Source: a virus (Duplodnaviria > Caudoviricetes). Taken from it: 30,049 bases of DNA. Positions within the stretch are counted from its first letter, which is position 1, and every line of letters begins with the position of its first letter. A program made the position numbers and the translations under genes. The notes below the pieces were generated by a model. That model was not told the origin of the DNA and searched no databases. It saw only the letters and a program-made list of their open reading frames with translations. The DNA lies in the IMG/VR virus record IMGVR_UViG_3300002966_000377, positions 1 through 30,049 of that record; one strand, given 5' to 3'. Positions 1 through 8,292 of this stretch are shown one piece after another.

Positions 1-11
1 ATATAACTTCA

Positions 12-98
12 GGAGAGGTGGCTGAGTGGCCGAAAGCGGGTGATTTGAAATCATCAGTGGGTTCACGCCCACCGGGGGTTCGAATCCCTCCCTCTCCG
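12..98 (+). tRNA. tRNA-Ser, anticodon TGA
   Basis: Acceptor stem GGAGAGG (12-18) pairs with CCTCTCC (91-97), discriminator G98. Anticodon arm GGTGA-TTTGAAA-TCATC, long variable arm GTGGG/CCCAC, T-loop GGTTCGAATCC. No encoded CCA. Confidence 0.95.
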
Positions 99-113
99 TT
101 TATATATAAATAA

Positions 114-299
114 TTTCTCAAAAAAATGCAACGGAAATTATATTAACATCTGGGATTAAGCAGGACTATTTTGGATATATCGGGATTGCATTCTAAGTTA
201 TTGTCTTTTCTATATCTTTTAAAAATACATAAAAAAATTTTCAAACTGCAATTTTGCAATTTTATATTTTTTTTATAATCGTTGCATTTTTTTGAGAAA
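114..299. repeat. Perfect 20-bp inverted repeat TTTCTCAAAAAAATGCAACG (114-133 and 280-299), partial third copy at 352-366
   Basis: Read directly from the sequence. Confidence 0.9.
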
Positions 300-399
300 C
301 CCCACAGTTGGAATTTTTATAAAGAAGTTGTGAAAAATTTGTGAAGTTGTATCAAAAAAATGCAACACTTTTCCTGATGGCTGTCATATGTTTTATTCC

Positions 400-457
400 A
401 ATCTGCAATTTTTGCAGGTTGGAATATTTTGTGAAAATCTGCAATTTTTGCAGGTTG
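400..457. repeat. 22-bp direct repeat AATCTGCAATTTTTGCAGGTTG (400-421 and 436-457)
   Basis: Two identical copies 36 bp apart. The first lies within an imperfect hairpin at 394-426. A related CTGCAATTTTGCAG follows at 464-477. Confidence 0.9.
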
Positions 458-478
458 TTTACACTGCAATTTTGCAGA

Positions 479-1003
479 TTATCTTAAACTATCCACAACA
501 AGTTTAGCGTATTCTTTGGCTCCTAACGTTGTCAAATGCACGCCATCCCTTATAACAAACTGGGGATGGTTTTTGCTAAAATCATACCAATCAATTACTT
601 TTACGTTAGGATACTCTTTGATTGTCTTAAAATAGAGATTATTTACTTCATGCTTCCAAATATATTTGTTTGGAAGTTTAATCGTGCATAAATAAATCTT
701 TTTACCGTGTAAAATATTTATTAAACGGTTTAAATCGCTTGGTTTTACATATCCATTAGTTCCAAGTTCAATGACAAACACATTGTAATCTTTTATGTTT
801 ATACGTTTTAAGACATTAAACACACTGTAAAACTGTCTACCAACTCTGCCATTTACGTAGGTATCAGGTATCTCACGTTTTAAGTAAGGTTTTAATTCTA
901 AAGATATGCTGTCGCCAATGAAAGCCACATGGACAGGCTGAGACAAAGCTAAGCCTTGAAGCAGTGCAATCGTAGTAAAGAATAATTTAATATATTTAAA
1001 CAT
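479..1003 (-). CDS. Secreted SGNH/GDSL hydrolase resembling the OatA/YrhL C-terminal domain
   Basis: Signal peptide; blocks FIGDS, VGRQ, ELGTNG, DGVH. Confidence 0.85.
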   Translation of the reverse strand: MFKYIKLFFTTIALLQGLALSQPVHVAFIGDSISLELKPYLKREIPDTYVNGRVGRQFYSVFNVLKRINIKDYNVFVIELGTNGYVKPSDLNRLINILHGKKIYLCTIKLPNKYIWKHEVNNLYFKTIKEYPNVKVIDWYDFSKNHPQFVIRDGVHLTTLGAKEYAKLVVDSLR

Positions 1004-1009
1004 ATTCTA

Positions 1010-1639
1010 TCACCAAAAGTTTATATAGTCAACCGCACACATCGGCTTGTATTTTTGCCCCCACTCAAAGATATGGAGGGAATAAAGATAATTGATATCA
1101 CAAGCGCTTCTATACTCTACACATCTTCCCCATCTTCTCCAAACACAGACATAACCTCTGTGGTGCGGCTGTCCGAGATGCGCTTTGCAGTAATCATAAC
1201 AAGCCTTCCACTGATATGAGCCTGCACCCTTGCATTCCCAGATAACCCAATTCCCACCATTGTATCTTTGGTATGCCATCCAGAGCTTATGATGTGGAGT
1301 AGAATGTATAAGTGTTTTCAATACATAAGCGAAGCCATAGAAAGCGTCCATAGAGTATGGATCTTCCCAGTGTGGAAATAATGGTCTAATAAGCCAGTTT
1401 TCATCGACTGGCGTCAGTTGGAAATATCCCACACTACCCCATCCATCCCTTGAAGTAATCCACATGCAATTGCTTTCTTGTTCTGCAAGTGCTACGTTAT
1501 ACCACCACGGGAACTTTGGCGATATAATCTGCTTTGCTGCTTTTTCTATCGGCTTTTCAAGCCTTACACACCTCGGATTAACCCAAGCTAAAGACAATTG
1601 CGATATAAATAAGAAGCACAATACTATATATTTTGTCAT
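1010..1639 (-). CDS. Endolysin, SLT-type lytic transglycosylase with N-terminal signal sequence
   Basis: QES catalytic motif, GYFQL, YNGG; located in the lysis cassette. Confidence 0.85.
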   Translation of the reverse strand: MTKYIVLCFLFISQLSLAWVNPRCVRLEKPIEKAAKQIISPKFPWWYNVALAEQESNCMWITSRDGWGSVGYFQLTPVDENWLIRPLFPHWEDPYSMDAFYGFAYVLKTLIHSTPHHKLWMAYQRYNGGNWVIWECKGAGSYQWKACYDYCKAHLGQPHHRGYVCVWRRWGRCVEYRSACDINYLYSLHIFEWGQKYKPMCAVDYINFW

Positions 1640-1853
1640 ACGGATCCCTCCATTCTATATGTCCTACCTTCAATAAGCGAGTTGCGTAGTAGTAAACCAA
1701 ACCAGCGCTTGCCAGTGCTACCTTTCTTGCCAATGCAAACAGGAAAGCTCCATGTGAAATCGTAGTACTAAATGCTATAGCAAAAAACACTACAGCCAAG
1801 ACGATATCCAGCCAGTGCTTTTGCACGATGACTTTTAAGTGATTCATATTCAA
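1578..1853 (-). CDS. Putative holin
   Basis: 91 aa with about 3 hydrophobic segments, directly upstream of the endolysin. Confidence 0.7.
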   Translation of the reverse strand: MNMNHLKVIVQKHWLDIVLAVVFFAIAFSTTISHGAFLFALARKVALASAGLVYYYATRLLKVGHIEWRDPYDKIYSIVLLIYIAIVFSLG

Positions 1854-2110
1854 CCTCCTTTACACGTTTTTAAAACATCTCTTAAAAGCTTGTTTTCTCT
1901 TTGCAATCTAAACATGTAGTTCAACATTTTCTGCAATTTTTCAGTAATTGGCTCTTGTTTTTTTATGATGGGCTTTTTTGTATGTGGAATATTAGGCACA
2001 GGGCATCTCACAATCACTTCTTTAGTGATAGGCGGAAGCGTGATTGTTCTTGGTTGCATAGCACAGCTAAACAAAAGAAGGCTACTTGCTAAAATAATTA
2101 GACGCTTCAT
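1850..2110 (-). CDS. o-spanin (Rz1-like lipoprotein)
   Basis: Lipobox LLFSC, Pro-rich segment, overlaps the i-spanin candidate. Confidence 0.75.
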   Translation of the reverse strand: MKRLIILASSLLLFSCAMQPRTITLPPITKEVIVRCPVPNIPHTKKPIIKKQEPITEKLQKMLNYMFRLQRENKLLRDVLKTCKGG

Positions 2111-2438
2111 TTACCATCTCCTTTAAAGCTTTACACTGGTTATGCTCTTTTGGTATTTGGATTTGTGGTATTGGCGTAGTGGCTTCTTTAGCTATTACTG
2201 AGTATCGTTTAATAATCTGTTTTTTGTTTAACTGGCAATCATGTTTTATTTTGTCATATAAGTTTGCATAATAGGATATATAAGATTGCTCTTGTGTGAT
2301 TTGTTGTTTTTGAAGTAATATCACTTCGTTTAAATGTTTTATGTGATGAAAAGCATAAACATCAAACCCTAAAGCACATAATAGAGCAAATGCAATCCCT
2401 AATCTAATAAAAGTCCCTAAGCCTAACAATCCCATCAT
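2082..2438 (-). CDS. i-spanin (Rz-like)
   Basis: N-terminal TM segment followed by a coiled coil; adjacent to the lipoprotein. Confidence 0.7.
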   Translation of the reverse strand: MMGLLGLGTFIRLGIAFALLCALGFDVYAFHHIKHLNEVILLQKQQITQEQSYISYYANLYDKIKHDCQLNKKQIIKRYSVIAKEATTPIPQIQIPKEHNQCKALKEMVNEASNYFSK

Positions 2439-2800
2439 TTTCTATTCCAATGTGTCCAACCAAACAACCGCACTACATAATAAAAAGTGTAAGCCTTCCA
2501 TTTCTCTACACCTAACGCAATTTGAAGCTCAAGAAAGACTTTATCTGCTATATGTCTTGGATATTTCTTTGTGTAATAAAGGTAATCATGCACTACTGCC
2601 GCTTTGTTGAATTTGTCTTTCCATGTTAGGAACGGCATAAAGACTATTGGGATAGAAGCAAAATCAGTCTCAAAGCCTTCTGGAACATGTATCCATTCCC
2701 TTTCTTCTGGTATATCAGTGTAAGCCGAGAAAGGTTCAGCTAATCTCCATTTCGCACCGTTTGGTTCAAGTCTTACTATAAGCGGTGTAGTCAGCTTCAT
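2435..2800 (-). CDS. DUF1353 family protein
   Basis: VPxGFxTDFASIP, AAVVHDYLY, AD..F motifs. Confidence 0.85.
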   Translation of the reverse strand: MKLTTPLIVRLEPNGAKWRLAEPFSAYTDIPEEREWIHVPEGFETDFASIPIVFMPFLTWKDKFNKAAVVHDYLYYTKKYPRHIADKVFLELQIALGVEKWKAYTFYYVVRLFGWTHWNRK

Positions 2801-3375
2801 GGCACATTAGGGGGTGGAACGTTTATTGTGTAGGATGGCGTTGGCAAAGATGTTGCCGAGCTTATTTGCTGACTAATTGAATAGTATTGTTGTTTTACTT
2901 TGAATACAAAGTCTTGTCTATAACCTATCTTGAGTAGTTGCTCCAACCAATATCCGATTGTGGGATTGGTGTTGCTGTTAAATGACTGGCTCAGCGTTGA
3001 TAAAGCTTGAGTGTAAGAAACTCCCGATAAGACCTGTTGAGCAGTAGTTTGTCTTACCTGTGTTGTATTAATCCCAGCGTAAGTCAAATACGCTTCTCCG
3101 TTTGTTAAATCTGACATGTCAGAACGTTGCTTCCAGTCTGGGTAGTATTGGTAAATGTAATTCATTGTAGATTGTGAAAGCTGTTGTAAAGCTTGTTGTT
3201 GAGCTTCTGCTAATAACTCAGATTGTGTTTTAGTTCTAATAGTGCCAGACGCATAAACCACATCATCAGGAGAATTCACCGTAAAAGAAGTGTAAGACAC
3301 TCCTGGCGGAACTGCTTCAGGAGTTAATGCACAACATACAACACCATTACTGTTTAAATAAGCCCATACTTTCAT
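2797..3375 (-). CDS. Tail fibre-associated protein (assembly/chaperone-like)
   Basis: Translationally coupled downstream of the tail fibre; function inferred from position only. Confidence 0.5.
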   Translation of the reverse strand: MKVWAYLNSNGVVCCALTPEAVPPGVSYTSFTVNSPDDVVYASGTIRTKTQSELLAEAQQQALQQLSQSTMNYIYQYYPDWKQRSDMSDLTNGEAYLTYAGINTTQVRQTTAQQVLSGVSYTQALSTLSQSFNSNTNPTIGYWLEQLLKIGYRQDFVFKVKQQYYSISQQISSATSLPTPSYTINVPPPNVP

Positions 3376-4829
3376 GATATCCTCCTAACGATTATTGTCC
3401 CTGTAACAGGTCCTACAGGTGTATAACCACTCCCTACCAAACAGCCAAAAGACCCGAGCGAAGACCAGTGAGTTGATGTATCATTCCAAATACTGTTACC
3501 AATAGCCAGTCCTCCATTGTCACCGCCCATTCCTACAAGCTGTTTAGGGTATGAATAACCCCAATAGCAAGCGGTTGCTTTAAGCGTTATAGGCGGTGTA
3601 TCTGAGATTCCCATTTGTATATCAAGTACAAAAGATCCTGTTGATGTTGACCAAAAAGCAACAGTGTTTGTAGAAGACATCTCTACCATAGCAACGGAAA
3701 TACTGCTTCCATAGCTTGTATTGTTAGGGTATAACCAAAAAGCTCCATTAGCCCCGCTCCCCGTTGCAACTGAAAGAGTAAACTCGTATATAACTGGGGT
3801 AGTTGGTGAAGAAGGCTCAGGAACCGCTATATGAAGAGGTATTAATGTTTGACTACTAAAGCTAATTACGGCAACTTGCCCTGGCTGTAGAAGGTAATCA
3901 GCCGTTGCTGAAGTTAAATTTATAGGGTTTGCGTATCCATTGCCTACTCCTGGCGGGAAGACACTTGCTGGAAACTGTGCGTTTGAATTTAAAGGTAATA
4001 AAACATTAGGAGCAGGAGTTGCCGAAACCGTATACCCTCCAACGGAAGAAGCATTGACGGGCGGTATTACACTGGCTGGGAATTGTGTGTTTGAATTCAG
4101 CGGTAGCAACATATTCGGAGTAGGAGTAGCTGACGCATGAAAACCATCCACCATGTCAGCATTCAACGTGATGTTGAGCGTTCCGTTATTGAGCGGTATC
4201 TGTCCTGTAGCACTTCCTACAGAGTATCCGTCAAGCAATCCAGCATTAAACGGCTGCCACTGAGTCCCATCGTAAAACTCCGCAGGCTGTGTATCGCTTA
4301 CCCATATTTTGCCCGGATATAAATCCGTTGGCGTTGAACTTGAAAACTCAGGTCTTGCAGTGTTGACATCCTGAATTGTTGCAAGCAATACGCTATTGTC
4401 TATCACCGCCGTCACGCTTTGAGCGTTTGATACGACAGTGTAGATATCAATCACATCTTCTATCGTTGTCACGCCAGCGGCTGGGATAAAATCGGGATTT
4501 TGAGCATATGTAACTGCGTACAAAGTGTTTGGTGAGCTTGTAGTTTGTGCATATATACCTATCTCAGAAAGTAAGTATCCCAACGATAGCGAGCTGTTTG
4601 ATATGAGAAATCTTAGCCTTGCAGTTCCATCACCAACCACGCTCACACTCTGGATTGGCACCGTCTGGCTTGGATAAACCAGCGATGTCATGCTGGATGG
4701 GTTCATGGTGCTTGACCACGTGCCAGAGCCAAGCACTACTTGTGTAAACTGCAAAGTTTCACCAGATTGAGCTTGTGAAAGAAGGTTCAAGCCAGCTGTT
4801 GTTAGTATCGTACCATTAAAATCAGCCAT
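3372..4829 (-). CDS. Tail fibre protein (tail-collar type N-terminus)
   Basis: ILTTAGL...EIGIYA...LYAV N-terminal domain, NADMVDGFHA repeat motif, position after the gpI-like gene. Confidence 0.85.
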   Translation of the reverse strand: MADFNGTILTTAGLNLLSQAQSGETLQFTQVVLGSGTWSSTMNPSSMTSLVYPSQTVPIQSVSVVGDGTARLRFLISNSSLSLGYLLSEIGIYAQTTSSPNTLYAVTYAQNPDFIPAAGVTTIEDVIDIYTVVSNAQSVTAVIDNSVLLATIQDVNTARPEFSSSTPTDLYPGKIWVSDTQPAEFYDGTQWQPFNAGLLDGYSVGSATGQIPLNNGTLNITLNADMVDGFHASATPTPNMLLPLNSNTQFPASVIPPVNASSVGGYTVSATPAPNVLLPLNSNAQFPASVFPPGVGNGYANPINLTSATADYLLQPGQVAVISFSSQTLIPLHIAVPEPSSPTTPVIYEFTLSVATGSGANGAFWLYPNNTSYGSSISVAMVEMSSTNTVAFWSTSTGSFVLDIQMGISDTPPITLKATACYWGYSYPKQLVGMGGDNGGLAIGNSIWNDTSTHWSSLGSFGCLVGSGYTPVGPVTGTIIVRRIS

Positions 4830-5539
4830 TATGTACTACCCCCTTGAGTAGCTATTTGTATGTAGCTTGATGTCATCACAGCACCTGCGATGTAGAGATT
4901 TGCATTTTCAACGGTTTTTGGAAGATGCGTTCTGATTCTGTATTGTGAGCTTATCATGTTTGCCGAGCCTATATATGTGTTTGCATTGGCTATGTTTACA
5001 TCTGGCAGATGCGTTTGTATTCCGTAGTGTTTCCCATCATTAAACGCAGAGCCTATATATACATCATTTGTATATTCTCTATGAACTCCTATACTATCTA
5101 GCCACGAGCGAACATTTTTATATTCGTTTATTAAATTTGCGAGTTTTATATATGTTTCTTCATCAGATATAACAGTGTCAAGTAAGATTTTAAACATGTA
5201 AGGATTGCCACCATACTCAAACCATTCCTGCAATTCTGCAGTGATACCTAAGCTTTCAAACACTTGTTTAATTGCGTAGGGTGTGCCTTTGTATTTATGG
5301 AGCAGAAAGGCATTTTTAATCATGCTTATTTTTTGCTCTATCGGGGTAGCAAGCTCGTATCCCTCAATATGCAACTGCCAAGCTAACAAATCTAACAAGT
5401 TTTCATCTGTAATCTGGTCTATTCTTGGCAAAATTAAAGCGTTTATTATTTGATTTTGAATTTCTTCAAAGCTTGTATCAAACGTGTCAACGAGATATTG
5501 AAGCTCTTGAATACTGGAGGGTGTTAATTCCTTAATCAT
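4829..5539 (-). CDS. Tail protein, P2 gpI-like
   Basis: LLDLLAWQLH, HKYKGT, EWFEY.G.PY, YKNVRSWL. Confidence 0.9.
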   Translation of the reverse strand: MIKELTPSSIQELQYLVDTFDTSFEEIQNQIINALILPRIDQITDENLLDLLAWQLHIEGYELATPIEQKISMIKNAFLLHKYKGTPYAIKQVFESLGITAELQEWFEYGGNPYMFKILLDTVISDEETYIKLANLINEYKNVRSWLDSIGVHREYTNDVYIGSAFNDGKHYGIQTHLPDVNIANANTYIGSANMISSQYRIRTHLPKTVENANLYIAGAVMTSSYIQIATQGGST

Positions 5540-6635
5540 TTACCAAGCCTCCATAAACAACGTTGACGCTGTTTGCATATGCTATTTGCTGGATTGTCAG
5601 GGTTTGTTGCGTTGGTGCTGTTAGGTCTATCATGTAAGCCCCAGCGTCTCTTATTCTTGCTATCAATTGCTCTGGGAGTATATACCTTCCTATCTTGCTT
5701 TGAGTCCAGTTTATGAAATCTTGCACTGCTTGATTTACTGCATTTTGAATAATTGATACCTTAGCTGAATCTTTTTGATTTATGTAGTAAGTGACATTTA
5801 TGTTGTAATAAACAGGCGTTGGAGCTATTACAGAAACCTGATCTGTGAGGGGTCTAATGTGGTCTTGTGATAGAAAAGTAGCAACTGTGTTGATCATGTC
5901 TTGGTCTGGTATATTCCCGCCTGTAGTTGTGAATACGACAGTAACCTGTCCTGGGCTCGGCGAAAAAACTTCTACGTCCTCTATGTCTTGATGAGCTGTC
6001 AGGGTCCAGTATTTGTAAGCTTTGCCTGGTCCCGCTGTGCTAAACCTTTCCATACTGAGCCTGATTCTTTGTCTGAATCTGTCATCTGTTTCTGGATCTG
6101 TGCCATACATGCTTGTGGTAGTGTTTACTACGCTTGTTACGTATGGCACTGTATCCACGAGCTGGTTTATTTGTCCAGCTACATATCCATTCCCGATAGA
6201 GCCTGCTACTTCACAAACAGCAGGAATACTTACAGATGTGCTTCCAGCTGTTATTGTCCCATCCTGCAAAGTTGCAAAAAAGAGCTGTCCATCAGGCGTC
6301 GCTCTTGTTCCAGTGGGTATTACGACATTAAAAGCCAACGGTTGGTTGATAGAAAATTGAAGTGTCGTTTGTGCTGGCTGGGCTGGTAGTCTTGTGATGC
6401 CATAGAATTCTGCTAATGCATCAAGATTGCTTCCGCTGGCATATGCCAGTAGGTTTTGTTTCCCTGTCTCATTGATTGCAACAGCCAACAAAGCCGTTGC
6501 GTAGGTTTGTAAGTCTACAAGTAAACGATCGGGGTCTGCTGGATATAGTGTTCTATTTGTAATGTTTTGATAAGCATCTATAAGAAGCTCTTGGTAGTAT
6601 GTTGGGTCTGTATTGATAAAGCTTACATCAGCCAT
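5532..6635 (-). CDS. Baseplate J-like protein
   Basis: A.GSNLD.LA, G.D.ETDD.FR.RI, STAGP..AY, RPLTD.V.V. Confidence 0.92.
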   Translation of the reverse strand: MADVSFINTDPTYYQELLIDAYQNITNRTLYPADPDRLLVDLQTYATALLAVAINETGKQNLLAYASGSNLDALAEFYGITRLPAQPAQTTLQFSINQPLAFNVVIPTGTRATPDGQLFFATLQDGTITAGSTSVSIPAVCEVAGSIGNGYVAGQINQLVDTVPYVTSVVNTTTSMYGTDPETDDRFRQRIRLSMERFSTAGPGKAYKYWTLTAHQDIEDVEVFSPSPGQVTVVFTTTGGNIPDQDMINTVATFLSQDHIRPLTDQVSVIAPTPVYYNINVTYYINQKDSAKVSIIQNAVNQAVQDFINWTQSKIGRYILPEQLIARIRDAGAYMIDLTAPTQQTLTIQQIAYANSVNVVYGGLVND

Positions 6636-6937
6636 AAGGGCACCGTGATGATGTCTCCAGTATCAAGCAATTGCACTTCTATTGAGACCTTTATTCCTGC
6701 ATATGCTTTCTGAATCAATACACTCTTCACTTTTACTCTGGGCTCAAATCTTTCTATAGCATCTGTTATTTCAGCCTTGATTTTGCCAATTGTGATTGCT
6801 GTCAATGGTTGATCTATGAACTGCCATACATCAGAGTCAAAGTCGGGTCTATGTATATCAGTCCCTTTCTGAGTTGTGAGTATGACTCTGATATTTTGCA
6901 TGACACTTTTGACAGTGTCTTTTTCTACAACTTGCAT
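6623..6937 (-). CDS. Baseplate wedge GpW/gp25-like
   Basis: ILTT.KG...RPDF, AIERFEPRV. Confidence 0.9.
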   Translation of the reverse strand: MQVVEKDTVKSVMQNIRVILTTQKGTDIHRPDFDSDVWQFIDQPLTAITIGKIKAEITDAIERFEPRVKVKSVLIQKAYAGIKVSIEVQLLDTGDIITVPLWLM

Positions 6938-6969
6938 GTATTTATTTTGTTTATAAAAAGCTCATAAAA

Positions 6970-6985
6970 CCAGCAAAGATTTCAA
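6970..6985 (-). promoter_or_regulatory. Late-module motif copy 1 (TTGAAATCTTTGCTGG)
   Basis: 32 bp before ATG 6937; hexamer CAAAAT 20 bp downstream; its TGA is the MuF stop codon. Confidence 0.75.
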
Positions 6986-8292
6986 AGGACACGTATTAAT
7001 GCTTTATTTTGGCTTTTATCATCCTCTATATCATCTTTTAGCTTATGAAAAGCTTTTATGCCCAGGTGATCATCTGAAGAGATCACTGCTTTGTCTCCTT
7101 TGATAAAGATGTAATGAGTTTCAAATCCAGTGGCTCCTTGTATTCGCTGGATGTAAACCTTGTCTGGATTCCTAATAACTTCATGAGAAAGTCTTTCGTA
7201 TTGATCTATGTTTTCAGCACCCACTTCTTTACCGTGCTTCTCAAACTGTTTTGCCAGCCTTTTTACTTCTACATCATAGTGATTCGCTTCTCTTCTCCAA
7301 TCGCTCCCCAGATGCGCTCTTATCCTGTTTGCAATCTCTTCAGGTTTGAGGGCTCTGTATTCATTTTCAAGTTGAGTTTGCATTGCTTCTTGCTGCAAAT
7401 TTGCAGGTCTTATTGCTCTTTCAACTGTGACAGGTATTCTTTCTATTTCTGTTAGTGCTTCAACAGTGCATCGGCAACTTGGATGAGCTGGTGGAAACTT
7501 CGTTGGCATACTGGATGACGACATAGATCGCAACATAGGTAATGGTGTGCTCGTTGCAAATGGTCTGAAAGATGGCAAGCTTTGGGGGTCTGCATCAATG
7601 AGATCTATTGTACGTATTGCATCATCTGTTTGAAAGATCCTCCCGTCCATCGCATTGCAGTAGGGACACGTAAGTCTATCTCCTACAGCACTCCACTGGT
7701 AGTATGTTATCTCTGCCTTTTCAAACGCTCTTATACGTGCTGAGTTTTTAAGCTGGTTGTAGGTTGTGTCTAGTATTTGTCTTACTTTATATTGTGTTTT
7801 TTGTTTGAGAAATTGCCCAAATCTATTTACAAACTCTCTAATGCCTTTTTGCCCTCTTCCGATGGGATGTCCTTCCGTCAAATAGTATTGGTTCATCCAC
7901 TTAATAACCTCAAGCCGTAGATGTGTATCTCCTTGAAAGAAACCCCCCATGTAGAAATCAGCCAGTTTTTCTGCACATTGTATCGTCCATATATCCGCTG
8001 AGCCAAGCTCAACATCATGCAAATGTGGAACTGCTTCTTTTTGCACCTCTTTATAGATTTTTTCAAACTCTTTTGACAAGAAGGCTTTTGCTTCGGTCGG
8101 TAGGTTCATTTTTTCCTGCAATTTTGCAAAAATAAAACTTTGGAACTGCTGAAAAGAAACAAAATATTTTGCATACCTAAAAGCGTCTTCTAAGACGTGA
8201 TGTAGTCTTTCAAGCATTTGAGGCAATACTACGCTTACAAGCCTGTTTATTTCTTCATTGCCTCTGATGTCCCAGTCGTTTTCATGCCCCAT
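6982..8292 (-). CDS. MuF-family minor head protein with C-terminal extension
   Basis: W.AVGD.LTCPYC..MDG and PPAHPSCRC MuF motifs, followed by about 155 extra residues. Confidence 0.85.
   Translation of the reverse strand: MGHENDWDIRGNEEINRLVSVVLPQMLERLHHVLEDAFRYAKYFVSFQQFQSFIFAKLQEKMNLPTEAKAFLSKEFEKIYKEVQKEAVPHLHDVELGSADIWTIQCAEKLADFYMGGFFQGDTHLRLEVIKWMNQYYLTEGHPIGRGQKGIREFVNRFGQFLKQKTQYKVRQILDTTYNQLKNSARIRAFEKAEITYYQWSAVGDRLTCPYCNAMDGRIFQTDDAIRTIDLIDADPQSLPSFRPFATSTPLPMLRSMSSSSMPTKFPPAHPSCRCTVEALTEIERIPVTVERAIRPANLQQEAMQTQLENEYRALKPEEIANRIRAHLGSDWRREANHYDVEVKRLAKQFEKHGKEVGAENIDQYERLSHEVIRNPDKVYIQRIQGATGFETHYIFIKGDKAVISSDDHLGIKAFHKLKDDIEDDKSQNKALIRVL

Noticed and set aside
12-98. tRNA as selenocysteine or opal suppressor
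   Set aside because: The anticodon is TGA, which reads the Ser codon UCA; a Sec or opal tRNA would need TCA.
400-477. Mini CRISPR array
   Set aside because: Only two 22-bp repeats with a 14-bp gap, and no cas genes.
2797-4829. Invertible tail-fibre cassette or diversity-generating retroelement
   Set aside because: No invertase, reverse transcriptase, second fibre tip or template repeat seen in the window.
5901-6389. Plus-strand ORFs opposite baseplate J, and similar antisense ORFs (7114-7455, 8541-9047, 19925-20299, 20778-21134, 29586-30020)
   Set aside because: They are shadows of well-supported genes on the other strand and have no recognisable motifs.
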